Source of the DNA: Verrucomicrobiota bacterium
GTDB lineage: Bacteria; Verrucomicrobiota; Verrucomicrobiia; Limisphaerales; SXQI01
Assembly: GCA_033762115.1 (NCBI GenBank)
Contig: JANRLX010000067.1
Coordinates: forward strand, 33,189-97,188
Direction: 5' to 3'
Length of the DNA: 64,000 bases
Shown here: in pieces, positions 11,556 through 20,248 of the stretch
How the letters are laid out: each line of letters opens with the position of its first letter
Position numbering within the stretch: position 1 is the first letter of the stretch
The notes under the pieces: model-generated
What the model was told of the DNA's origin: nothing
Databases searched by the model: none
What the model saw: the letters and a program-made list of their open reading frames with translations, nothing else
Made by a program: the position numbers and the translations under genes

Positions 11556-12020
11556 TCATTTCCCCTGCGAAATCCTGATTTGTGTGTCGCGATAGACATT
11601 CAAAAACAAGTTATTGTCAGATACCACTCGCTGGATAATCTGGGGCATGCTGGGCAAATCCATCGGATTGACCACTGCATGCACACTCTGCACGAAGGCC
11701 TGCATAGGATTAAGCGTTTCAAACGAATCTCCAATCATGATGACTGAGGCATGGCGCCGCAGGTTCATCGGTGCAATCTGCATATATGAAAGACTTTCAT
11801 TTTCAGAAAGGGAGGTCGCGGCGAACAGTTCCGATATGATCACCACCTGATACTGGATGCTGGTAAAACGCTTGATAAATTCCTGGTGATCTGTCGCGGT
11901 ATGGACCTTAAAACCGAGTTCCTGTAGGACGGTTCGATTGAAGTCACGCACTTCGGGTGAGCTGACCGCTATCAGCGCGGGTTTATCCGTCGGGCTTATG
12001 ATTTCCAGATCAATGGCCAT
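11556..12020 (-). CDS. Hypothetical protein, possibly receiver-like fold, cotranscribed with pilT genes
   Basis: 154-aa ORF 2 bp downstream of the PilT paralogue; alternating beta/alpha pattern. Confidence 0.6.
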   Translation of the reverse strand: MAIDLEIISPTDKPALIAVSSPEVRDFNRTVLQELGFKVHTATDHQEFIKRFTSIQYQVVIISELFAATSLSENESLSYMQIAPMNLRRHASVIMIGDSFETLNPMQAFVQSVHAVVNPMDLPSMPQIIQRVVSDNNLFLNVYRDTQIRISQGK

Positions 12021-12022
12021 AA

Positions 12023-13228
12023 TTATTTTAATTTCAATACCGGCGGAGGAGTGCTCATGGGAATTTTCTCCGAAGTTCCATCTTTTTTCATTTGCAACCC
12101 GCTCAGACTGGTGGTCATTTCCCCACGCCGCTTTTTGATATTATCAATACCGCGTGTCACTGGTCCTTTTTTCGTGCAATATAACAAGGCCGTCTCCTCA
12201 CTGATAACGCCATTATCGTAAGCCTCCAAACAGGCCTGGTCGAAGGTCCTCCAGCCGAAGGTATAGCTGGATTCTATGATTTCGAAGAAACTGCGTCCCT
12301 CCCCCTCTCCCTGCACAATGCTGTCCTTGATTCGCAGATTGGATCCCATGATTTCCAGGAGTGCATGACGTCCCCCACCCTCCTTAGGCGCAAGCCGCTG
12401 GCTGATCACCCACCTCAACGTGTCCGCGAGGCGCAACCGTAACTGCTCCTGCTCTTCCTGCTCGAACATACCCAGGATACGGTTAATTGTCTGCCCTGCG
12501 TCGATTGTGTGCAGCGTGCTGACCACGAGGTGTCCCGTTTCTGCCGCGCTTAAACCGATCTCGACTGTCTGGCGATCACGCATTTCCCCGACGAGAATTA
12601 CTTTTGGAGCCTGGCGTAACGCCGCCCGCAATCCTGAGGAAAAGGAATCGAAATCCGTTCCCATTTCACGCTGGTTAAAAGTTGCTTTCTTCTGGGAATG
12701 CACAAACTCGACAGGATCCTCCAAGGTAATGATATGGATCGATTTATTCTCGTTAATATCATTCAGCAACGCTGCCAAAGTAGTTGATTTACCGGAACCT
12801 GTTGCACCCGTCACAAGGATCAATCCTGTTTTCTCTTTGGCTACCTGATGGAAAATTTCAGGAAGTTTAAGGTCGGCCAATGATGGAATTTTTGTATTAA
12901 GTTTGCGGAGAACGACTGAGTAATTCCCGCGCTGGGAAAAAATATTAACACGAAAACGCGCTTTTCCCGTTAACGAATAGGAAGAGTCGCATGAACCAGT
13001 CCGTAAAAGATCCTCGGTTAATCGACGGTTCCCCGCCACAAGATTCAACGCCAGCATTTCCGTTTGATATGGTGTCAGCTTGCTGATCGGCGGTTCAACC
13101 GCCACAGGAACCAGTTGTCCCGAACTCTCAACCTGTAGCGGTTTGTCCACAGTGATGTTCAAGTCCGACACATCCTTGTTGGACTCAAGCATTGTTCCGA
13201 GTATGTAATCCAGTTCGTTGCGGCGCAT
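12023..13228 (-). CDS. PilT/PilU-family type IV pilus ATPase
   Basis: GATGSGKST, TLEDPVEF, ALRQAPKVILVGEMRD, AETGHLVVSTLHT. Confidence 0.92.
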   Translation of the reverse strand: MRRNELDYILGTMLESNKDVSDLNITVDKPLQVESSGQLVPVAVEPPISKLTPYQTEMLALNLVAGNRRLTEDLLRTGSCDSSYSLTGKARFRVNIFSQRGNYSVVLRKLNTKIPSLADLKLPEIFHQVAKEKTGLILVTGATGSGKSTTLAALLNDINENKSIHIITLEDPVEFVHSQKKATFNQREMGTDFDSFSSGLRAALRQAPKVILVGEMRDRQTVEIGLSAAETGHLVVSTLHTIDAGQTINRILGMFEQEEQEQLRLRLADTLRWVISQRLAPKEGGGRHALLEIMGSNLRIKDSIVQGEGEGRSFFEIIESSYTFGWRTFDQACLEAYDNGVISEETALLYCTKKGPVTRGIDNIKKRRGEMTTSLSGLQMKKDGTSEKIPMSTPPPVLKLK

Positions 13229-13244
13229 GGCAGTGGCTTAGGAG

Positions 13245-14336
13245 TTATTCCTCATCCTCCGGAGGCGTTTTCAGGAATGGACGGAATTTTTTTCGATCCA
13301 GGCATTTATCGTAAGCTTCTTCAGGGGCAATCCGACCCATTTTCAAATGATCAAGGATCGCATCATCAAGCGGTTGATTTCCCAGGCGTTTTCCGACCTG
13401 GATCATACCAGGAATCTGGTGAGTTTTGCCTTCGCGGACCAGGTTCGCAATGGCCGTGGTAAAGACCAGGATTTCCAATGCTGCGACGCGACCTTTCTTA
13501 TCAATTCGTTTAAATAAATTCTGCGCCACAACCCCCCGAAGGGCTTCGGATAAAGTCGCCCGAATTTTGTTCTGCTGCTCGCCAGGAAACACGTCGATAA
13601 TACGATCAACGGTTTTGGCAGCACTTGGTGTGTGCAACGTGCCGAAGACCAAATGCCCTGTGCTTGCGGCGGTCAATGCGAGTTCAATAGTTTCCAGGTC
13701 GCGCAACTCACCCACCAAGATAATGTCCGGGTCTTCACGCAAAGCTCCACGCAAAGCGGACGCAAAGGATTTGGTGTGGACACCCACTTCGCGGTGGTTG
13801 ATCAGCGAATTTTTGCTTTCATGCACAAACTCAATCGGGTCCTCAACAGTCAGGATATGGTCACGCCGATTCTTGTTTGCGTAATCAATCATTGCTGCAA
13901 GGGTCGTGGATTTGCCCGAACCGGTTGGCCCGGTCACAACCACCAATCCCTTGTGCAACATGGCAAATTTCTTCAGGACGGCAGGCAAGGGCGCACCAAT
14001 CCCTTCAAAATCTTCGAACGACAGGACCTTCGAGGGGATTTGTCGGAATACGGCCGCACAGCCATATTTTTGGTTGAAAAAATTGGCACGGAAACGGGAC
14101 ACGTTCGGAATTTCATAGCCGAAATCCACATCCCCGGTTTCCTCGTAAACCTTTACCTTGTACTCCGGCGTGATTTCATAGAGCATCGATTTCAGCTCGT
14201 CACTTTCCAGCGGGGGATAGTCTACCCGATGTAACTCGCCGTTGATCCGGAGAATTGGAGGGTTCCCTGAGGAGAGGTGCAGGTCCGAAGCTTTTTGCTC
14301 GAACATCAGGTTAAAGAAGGCATCGATCTTTGCCAT
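13245..14336 (-). CDS. pilT: Type IV pilus retraction ATPase PilT
   Basis: ASDLHL, GPTGSGKSTT, EDPIEFVH, ALREDPDIILVGELRD, AIANLVRE (AIRNLIRE-like). Confidence 0.93.
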   Translation of the reverse strand: MAKIDAFFNLMFEQKASDLHLSSGNPPILRINGELHRVDYPPLESDELKSMLYEITPEYKVKVYEETGDVDFGYEIPNVSRFRANFFNQKYGCAAVFRQIPSKVLSFEDFEGIGAPLPAVLKKFAMLHKGLVVVTGPTGSGKSTTLAAMIDYANKNRRDHILTVEDPIEFVHESKNSLINHREVGVHTKSFASALRGALREDPDIILVGELRDLETIELALTAASTGHLVFGTLHTPSAAKTVDRIIDVFPGEQQNKIRATLSEALRGVVAQNLFKRIDKKGRVAALEILVFTTAIANLVREGKTHQIPGMIQVGKRLGNQPLDDAILDHLKMGRIAPEEAYDKCLDRKKFRPFLKTPPEDEE

Positions 14337-14388
14337 ACTTGATCAAGTGTTGTGATTTCTAGAGCATTGCGCAGAATCCTGCAAGCGG

Positions 14389-15453
14389 ATGAATCAGCTT
14401 CAAGCCGAAATTGCACAGGAAATTACCCGGGCCGGTCCCATGAACATGGCCCGCTTTATGGAGCTTGCATTGTATCATCCTGCGCTGGGTTACTATCGTT
14501 CGCCGAATTTAATCATCGGCAAATCGGGAGATTTCTACACCAGCGTCAGCGTGGGCTCCTGTTTCGGGGAACTCCTTGCGCGACGCTTTATCTGTTGGGC
14601 AACTGCACTCCAGCATGGTTCATTCCAGATTGTTGAATTAGCTGCTCATAACGGGCAATTAGCCAGCGATATTCTTCATTTTCTCCGCACGACCGCTCCT
14701 TCCTTTTACGAACAGGTCACCTATACAATCTGCGAGCCGCGGGAAAATTACCGCATTGTTCAAAGGCAAACTCTCGCTGAATTTTCCCGAAAGGTGGAAT
14801 GGCATACCATCGAAACTCTCCCTCAGATTCGGGGGGTAATCTTCTCCAATGAATTGTTTGATGCCCTGCCTGCCCGTCTTTTTCGCTATTTTAAGCAGGA
14901 AAGACTGTTCCGCGAAATCGGCGTCGGCCTTTCTTCTGAAGGAAAACTGGATTTCGTTACTCTATCGAAAACTTGTGCTGTGCGTCCGCCGTTTGATCGG
15001 GAAGTTCCTGATCAACTGCCAGATGGATTTTTTTTCGAAATTTCTGAAACCGGTAATGCGCTGTATGAAAATCTTTCGCAAAAGCTCAAGTATGGCTATC
15101 TCCTCACGATTGATTATGGATTCTTGCAGGAGGAAATCCAACAGATGGGGAAATTGACCCTTCGTGCTTACCACAATCACCATTTAACCTCCGATATCCT
15201 CGCCAACCCCGGCGAACAGGACATCACCCGTACGATTAACTTTACTGAACTTCTGCAGATCGGTGAACGTGACGGACTTAAAACTGAATTTTTTACCTCC
15301 CAGGAGCGTTTCCTGATGGATACTTTAACTCTTTCCCAAAGCATCAATCTTTTGTTGCCGGAAGGGCCGTCCTTAATTGGGCAACTCAAAACATTGACAA
15401 ATCCTCAGCACCTTGGGTCCAAGTTCCGGGTCCTTCTGCAATCCCGTTTCTGA
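14389..15453 (+). CDS. MidA/NDUFAF7-family SAM-dependent methyltransferase
   Basis: ARFMELALYHP..GYY, GDFYTS, SNELFDALP, TIDYG, PGEQDIT. Confidence 0.9.
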   Translation: MNQLQAEIAQEITRAGPMNMARFMELALYHPALGYYRSPNLIIGKSGDFYTSVSVGSCFGELLARRFICWATALQHGSFQIVELAAHNGQLASDILHFLRTTAPSFYEQVTYTICEPRENYRIVQRQTLAEFSRKVEWHTIETLPQIRGVIFSNELFDALPARLFRYFKQERLFREIGVGLSSEGKLDFVTLSKTCAVRPPFDREVPDQLPDGFFFEISETGNALYENLSQKLKYGYLLTIDYGFLQEEIQQMGKLTLRAYHNHHLTSDILANPGEQDITRTINFTELLQIGERDGLKTEFFTSQERFLMDTLTLSQSINLLLPEGPSLIGQLKTLTNPQHLGSKFRVLLQSRF

Positions 15454-15478
15454 CAAATACCAACCGGAAAACCGTGAT

Positions 15479-15691
15479 TTACGCTGGCTGGAGCGAACTC
15501 CCTTTGTGTGCCGCCTTTTTGCCAGATTTGGTGCTCTTGACCAGATATTGGGGAGAAGTTTTCGAGGCTGCGATACGATGACCTTTGATACGAGTTGGTT
15601 TGGTCAGACGTTTCTCGACCACTCCCACGGTGCTTCCTTGCGGCGTGTTCCATCTCACCTTCCTTTTTGGATGAATGCTGCTTTCTTTCAC
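15479..15691 (-). CDS. DUF2945 / HVA1-like small protein
   Basis: KVRWNTPQGSTVGVV...PQYLVKSTKSGKKAAHK pattern. Confidence 0.75.
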   Translation of the reverse strand: MKESSIHPKRKVRWNTPQGSTVGVVEKRLTKPTRIKGHRIAASKTSPQYLVKSTKSGKKAAHKGSSLQPA

Positions 15692-15736
15692 CCGGAAAGT
15701 TAACCTTTTATCCTGCCGATTTCCATGGATACGTGT

Positions 15737-16369
15737 CTATGGAGAAAGCCGGTCGATTCGCCAGTCGCCCGATGAACGGGTGTAAAGAAATCGATCGTGC
15801 AGCCGACTTGGGCGTCCTTGCCAAAACTCAATCGCTTCAGGACACAGCAGGTACCCTCCCCAATAGGGGGGCAATGGAACATTTTCCCCATACTGTGTCT
15901 GTAATTCCGAAAACCGTGTTTCGAGGAACTCTCTGCAGGTCACAACACTCGATTGTTTCGAAACCCAGGCTCCAATGCGACTTGCGAGCGGACGCACTTT
16001 AAAATAGGCCTCGGAATCAGAGCGTGGAAGCAGTTCGCAACGACCACGAATGCAAACCTGCCGCTCCAAAGGAGCCCAGAAAAAATTCAGGGCAGCCCGA
16101 TTATTGACTGCCAATTCCTGGCCTTTGCGACTTTCATAATTCGTAAAAAAGCTGAATCCCCGTTCATCCACCGCTTTAAGCAAAACGATCCTGCTTGAAG
16201 GTTGCATTTGAGAATCGACCGTGGAAAGCGTCATCGCATTGGTTTCCAGGACCTCGCTTTTCAATGCCTGCTCAAACCATTTCCTGAACTGCATGATCGG
16301 ATCAATTTCCAGGTCAGCCCGCCGCAATCCTTCACGGGTATACTCTTTACGCAATTCGGCAATGGTCAT
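15737..16369 (-). CDS. pdxH: Pyridoxamine 5'-phosphate oxidase
   Basis: LRKEY, RIVLLK, FFTNYESRKG, EFWQGRPSRLHDR, RLSP; start moved to ATG 16369. Confidence 0.95.
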   Translation of the reverse strand: MTIAELRKEYTREGLRRADLEIDPIMQFRKWFEQALKSEVLETNAMTLSTVDSQMQPSSRIVLLKAVDERGFSFFTNYESRKGQELAVNNRAALNFFWAPLERQVCIRGRCELLPRSDSEAYFKVRPLASRIGAWVSKQSSVVTCREFLETRFSELQTQYGENVPLPPYWGGYLLCPEAIEFWQGRPSRLHDRFLYTRSSGDWRIDRLSP

Positions 16370-16371
16370 AA

Positions 16372-16695
16372 TCAATAACGGGGCAGTGTGGGATCGACTT
16401 CGATTGACCATGCGTCAATTCCACCGCTTAGGTTTCTCAACTCTTTGAAGCCAGCCATTTGCAGGAAACCGATTGCATGAGCGCTACGGATTCCGTGATG
16501 ACAATAAACAATTATGGATTCATTGATCCAATCCCGAAGTTCTTCAACGCGAGATTCCAATTCATGCAATGGAATCAATCGGCTGTTTGGCAGCGCTGCA
16601 AACTGATGTTCTTCGATTTGTCTGACATCCAATAGCCGAGGCGGCTTTTCTGAAGCCAGCATTTCGGCGAGTTCAGTGGCTGTCACCCTGTTCAT
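16372..16695 (-). CDS. Rhodanese-like sulfurtransferase
   Basis: LLDVR, VYCHHGIRS, NLSGGIDAWS..VDP; start ATG 16695 overlaps the trxB stop (ATGA). Confidence 0.9.
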   Translation of the reverse strand: MNRVTATELAEMLASEKPPRLLDVRQIEEHQFAALPNSRLIPLHELESRVEELRDWINESIIVYCHHGIRSAHAIGFLQMAGFKELRNLSGGIDAWSIEVDPTLPRY

Positions 16696-17624
16696 TCCCT
16701 GGGCAAACCGCTCAGGAATCGTTCCGCATCGATGGCTGCGGCACACCCCATCCCAGCAGCAGTAATTGCTTGCCTGTAAACATGATCCGAGCAATCTCCA
16801 GCGACGAAAACCCCTTTGACATTGGTCAGACTGCCCTGAGTTGGAACGATATAGCCATTTTCGTCCATATCAATCTGTCCCTTGAAAATCTGGGTGTTTG
16901 GCACATGCCCGATCGCCACGAACACGCCGGCGCAATCGAGGATAGACTCATTTCCTGTTTTTAGATTTTTGAGACGAACTCCGGTAACTGTGTCCAATTT
17001 CACGTCCAAAATTTCAGTCACAACCGAATCCCAAACCGGCTTGATTTTAGGATTCGCAAGGGTTCGGTCTGCCATGACTCGCGATGCACGCAGTGAATCA
17101 CGGCGATGAACCAGGTAAACCACTGAAGCAAAACGGGTCAGGTAAGTGGCTTCCTCGCAGGCGGAATCTCCTCCTCCCACAACCACCAAAGGCTTGTTCC
17201 GAAACATCGGCAATGCTCCATCACAAGTGGCGCAATAGGTCACTCCCTTTTTTTCAAGCAGATGCTCACTTTCCAACCCGAGATGACGATGCCCCGCGCC
17301 ACTGGCAATGATCAAGGTTTGGGTTTGGAGTGGCTCGCCATCCACGGTCAAAGTGAACGGGTTTTTACCAAGGTCCACCGCTTCAACAGTCCCAAATTTT
17401 GTGCGCGCACCAAAGCGTTCCGCCTGTTTTTGCATCCGTGTCATTAATTCATACCCATCAATCCCCTCAGGAAATCCTGGAAAATTTTCCACTATGCTGG
17501 TGGTGGTAAGCAATCCGCCGGGCATGGTGCCAGTGAGAACGAGCGGGTTCAGATTGGCACGGGCAGTGTAAAGAGCGGCAGTTAACCCCGCGCAACCCGT
17601 TCCTATAATCACGACTTTTTCCAT
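16692..17624 (-). CDS. trxB: Thioredoxin reductase
   Basis: VENFPGFPEG, CATCDG, VVGGGDSA, YRQAITAAG. Confidence 0.96.
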   Translation of the reverse strand: MEKVVIIGTGCAGLTAALYTARANLNPLVLTGTMPGGLLTTTSIVENFPGFPEGIDGYELMTRMQKQAERFGARTKFGTVEAVDLGKNPFTLTVDGEPLQTQTLIIASGAGHRHLGLESEHLLEKKGVTYCATCDGALPMFRNKPLVVVGGGDSACEEATYLTRFASVVYLVHRRDSLRASRVMADRTLANPKIKPVWDSVVTEILDVKLDTVTGVRLKNLKTGNESILDCAGVFVAIGHVPNTQIFKGQIDMDENGYIVPTQGSLTNVKGVFVAGDCSDHVYRQAITAAGMGCAAAIDAERFLSGLPRE

Positions 17625-17717
17625 AAAGCGCGAACGTTAGCGATTGAGGATTGCAATAGCAAGCGACCCTCGTGGCAATATATTATAACAGAAAGAAGAT
17701 GCCACTGATTCTGCTAC

Positions 17718-20114
17718 TCACCCCGGACCAGGCACTGCTGATTGAATCAACTGATGAAGAGAGTGATAATTCACTGGCTTGGTGATGATCTGATTGATGT
17801 TCAGCGATTCGACCTCTGCATGAGAGAGTGACTCGAAAAATCCAGAGCAGATGATGATCTGGACAGACTTTGAAACCTCCCGAATGCCTCTGGCCAACTG
17901 CATTCCACTCATCCCTGGCATGGTCATATCTGTCACAATCACATCGAATGCCGAAGGATTGGCCAAAAAAATCTGCAACGCTTCGACTCCGCGGGAGGCA
18001 CAAGTGACTTCGTAACCCATTTTACTAAGTTTTTGGGCAAAAATATCAGTGATCGCCGGTTCATCATCCACAAACAATACCCGCTGATAACCCGGTGGGA
18101 GTTCCGCGCGTTCAACCGGAGAAACCACCTGCCCCGTTGCGGCCAAAGGAAGATAAACTGTGAAAGTGGTGCCCTTTTCCGGGGTGCTGCGGACCTGGAT
18201 GATGCCGCCGTGGCTGGTCACTATTCCATGAACGACCGCCAATCCCAACCCTGTTCCCTCCCCGACCGGTTTGGTCGTGAAAAACGGCTCGAAAATTCGT
18301 TCCAATACTTTGGGCGACATTCCATGACCTGTATCCGCCACTGCAACGCTGAGGAAATTTCCAGGTTTTAACTGAAATTGATCCGCTTCAGCCGGGGAAA
18401 ATGCTTTGTGTTTGACGGTCACTTCAAGTTTTCCGGATGCATTGCGCATGGCATAACCGGCGTTTGCACAGAGGTTCATCAACACCTGATGAATCTGGCT
18501 GGGATCTCCAATGATCCGACTCTCAATGGTGTCCAATTTTAGGTTTACTTCAATTGAGGCAGGCAAAGTCGCCCGAATCAGCTTGAGTGTCTCCTTGACA
18601 ATTGGCACCACCTCCATGCTTTGGCGTGAACTTTCAGTTTGTCTGCTGAAAGTCAGGATCTGCTTTACCAGGTCTTTGGCCCGATCTGCCGCACGCATCA
18701 CTGCTTCCATGTTTCGGCGGCGTGGATTCTCAGCAGGCATGCCATCCAGAGCGAGATCAGTGTAACCAAGGATTGCGCTTAGGATGTTATTAAAATCATG
18801 CGCGATCCCGCCTGCCAACGTTCCCAACGCCTCCATTTTCTGCGCCTGACGCAGGCGGGCTTCCAATGCGGCATTCGCCTGCTCCGCTTCCTTCCGTTTT
18901 GTTATATCCTGGATTGTTCCCTCGTAAAAAACGGTTTCCCCTGCTCCGTTTCGGACTGCGCGGGCATGCTCCGAAATCCAAATAATTCTGCCATCCTTTC
19001 GCCGCACCTGATATTCCAGCCCGCTGATTTTTCCCTCTTGTTCGATGGCCCGTTGGAATTCGGAACGGATGGACGGATCAAGATAGATATCGGAGCTAAT
19101 GTCATTCACCTCTGAAATCAGCTCTGCGGGACTTTCATAACCATACATGCGGGCCAATGCCGGGTTCACACTCAAGTACTGCCCCCCGGGAGTGCTTTGA
19201 AAAATTCCTTCAATGGCATTTTCGAAAATGCCTCGGAACTTGGATTCCGCCTCTCGCGCGAGTTCCTCAGCTAATTTCAGCCGGGTCAGTTGATCCTGCA
19301 GCACCTGGTTGGCCGAGCCGAGCTCCTCAGTCCGTTGTGCCACTGCAAGCTCCAGGTCATCCCTTGAACGTCGCAGATCCAGCTCGGCACGTTTTTGCTC
19401 CGTGATGTCGCCACAATAACAATGCACCACCCGCTGTTCAGGGATTGGAAAAAAAGACCATGAGATGACCCGCTCATGAATCGTTGTTTCAAACCGAAGC
19501 CTGGGCTGGCTGCTTTCAATTGTCTGTTGAATCATTCCTTTCGTTTCGGCGGGCAATATGTCCTCAACTCGCGTACAGCCGAATTGGGCGGCCATGATAT
19601 TCGCTGCCGCATTCGCATAGGTCAGCGCACCCTCTTCTGAAAATTCGAGAACTGGATTGGGATTGAATCGCGGAAAACTCGCCAAACGTTGAATTTCCCG
19701 TTCAGCCCGACGAGCTTCCGTGACATCCCTGCCGCTCAGGAAGAAAGCTTTTCGATCCAGGCAGACTGTGGCATTCCAGGTGATCCATCGCTCATAACCA
19801 TTCCCACTTTTCACCCGTGCAGAACAGCTTGAAGAGAAAAATGTTTCGCGCAATCCACACAGAAATGCGGTTAATGCCTCTCTGTCCTCCGACACAAAAT
19901 GATCCAGAAAATTACTGTTACGCAATTCCGAGAGAGGAAGGCCCAGCAAAACTTCCCATGTGGGATTTACTCTCACGATCACACCTTCAAGCGAGAGAAG
20001 GCAAAGCAGATCCAGTGAGCCAAAGAAAAAATGTTTATTGGCCTGGTCCCAGGTTTCTTCGGAATTCAGATAACGCTCTCGAATCCGGTCGAAGTCAGAA
20101 CTTACCACTTGCAC
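17718..20114 (-). CDS. PAS-domain hybrid sensor histidine kinase with C-terminal receiver
   Basis: Several PAS domains, GGIAHDFNN H-box, NLCANA, FEPFFTTK, GTGLGL, REC domain with DMTMP. Confidence 0.93.
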   Translation of the reverse strand: MQVVSSDFDRIRERYLNSEETWDQANKHFFFGSLDLLCLLSLEGVIVRVNPTWEVLLGLPLSELRNSNFLDHFVSEDREALTAFLCGLRETFFSSSCSARVKSGNGYERWITWNATVCLDRKAFFLSGRDVTEARRAEREIQRLASFPRFNPNPVLEFSEEGALTYANAAANIMAAQFGCTRVEDILPAETKGMIQQTIESSQPRLRFETTIHERVISWSFFPIPEQRVVHCYCGDITEQKRAELDLRRSRDDLELAVAQRTEELGSANQVLQDQLTRLKLAEELAREAESKFRGIFENAIEGIFQSTPGGQYLSVNPALARMYGYESPAELISEVNDISSDIYLDPSIRSEFQRAIEQEGKISGLEYQVRRKDGRIIWISEHARAVRNGAGETVFYEGTIQDITKRKEAEQANAALEARLRQAQKMEALGTLAGGIAHDFNNILSAILGYTDLALDGMPAENPRRRNMEAVMRAADRAKDLVKQILTFSRQTESSRQSMEVVPIVKETLKLIRATLPASIEVNLKLDTIESRIIGDPSQIHQVLMNLCANAGYAMRNASGKLEVTVKHKAFSPAEADQFQLKPGNFLSVAVADTGHGMSPKVLERIFEPFFTTKPVGEGTGLGLAVVHGIVTSHGGIIQVRSTPEKGTTFTVYLPLAATGQVVSPVERAELPPGYQRVLFVDDEPAITDIFAQKLSKMGYEVTCASRGVEALQIFLANPSAFDVIVTDMTMPGMSGMQLARGIREVSKSVQIIICSGFFESLSHAEVESLNINQIITKPVNYHSLHQLIQSAVPGPG

Positions 20115-20248
20115 AGAGTATAGGCAGGTGGGCTGTCGCGCAACTTAAGTCCTGCTTGGAAGCTGGATCAGTTGTCTAAACTTCATGTTGTGGCTGGCGG
20201 ACAACCAGTTAATCTTGTCAAACAATCCCTTTGTTTTAGGCTGCTTTA

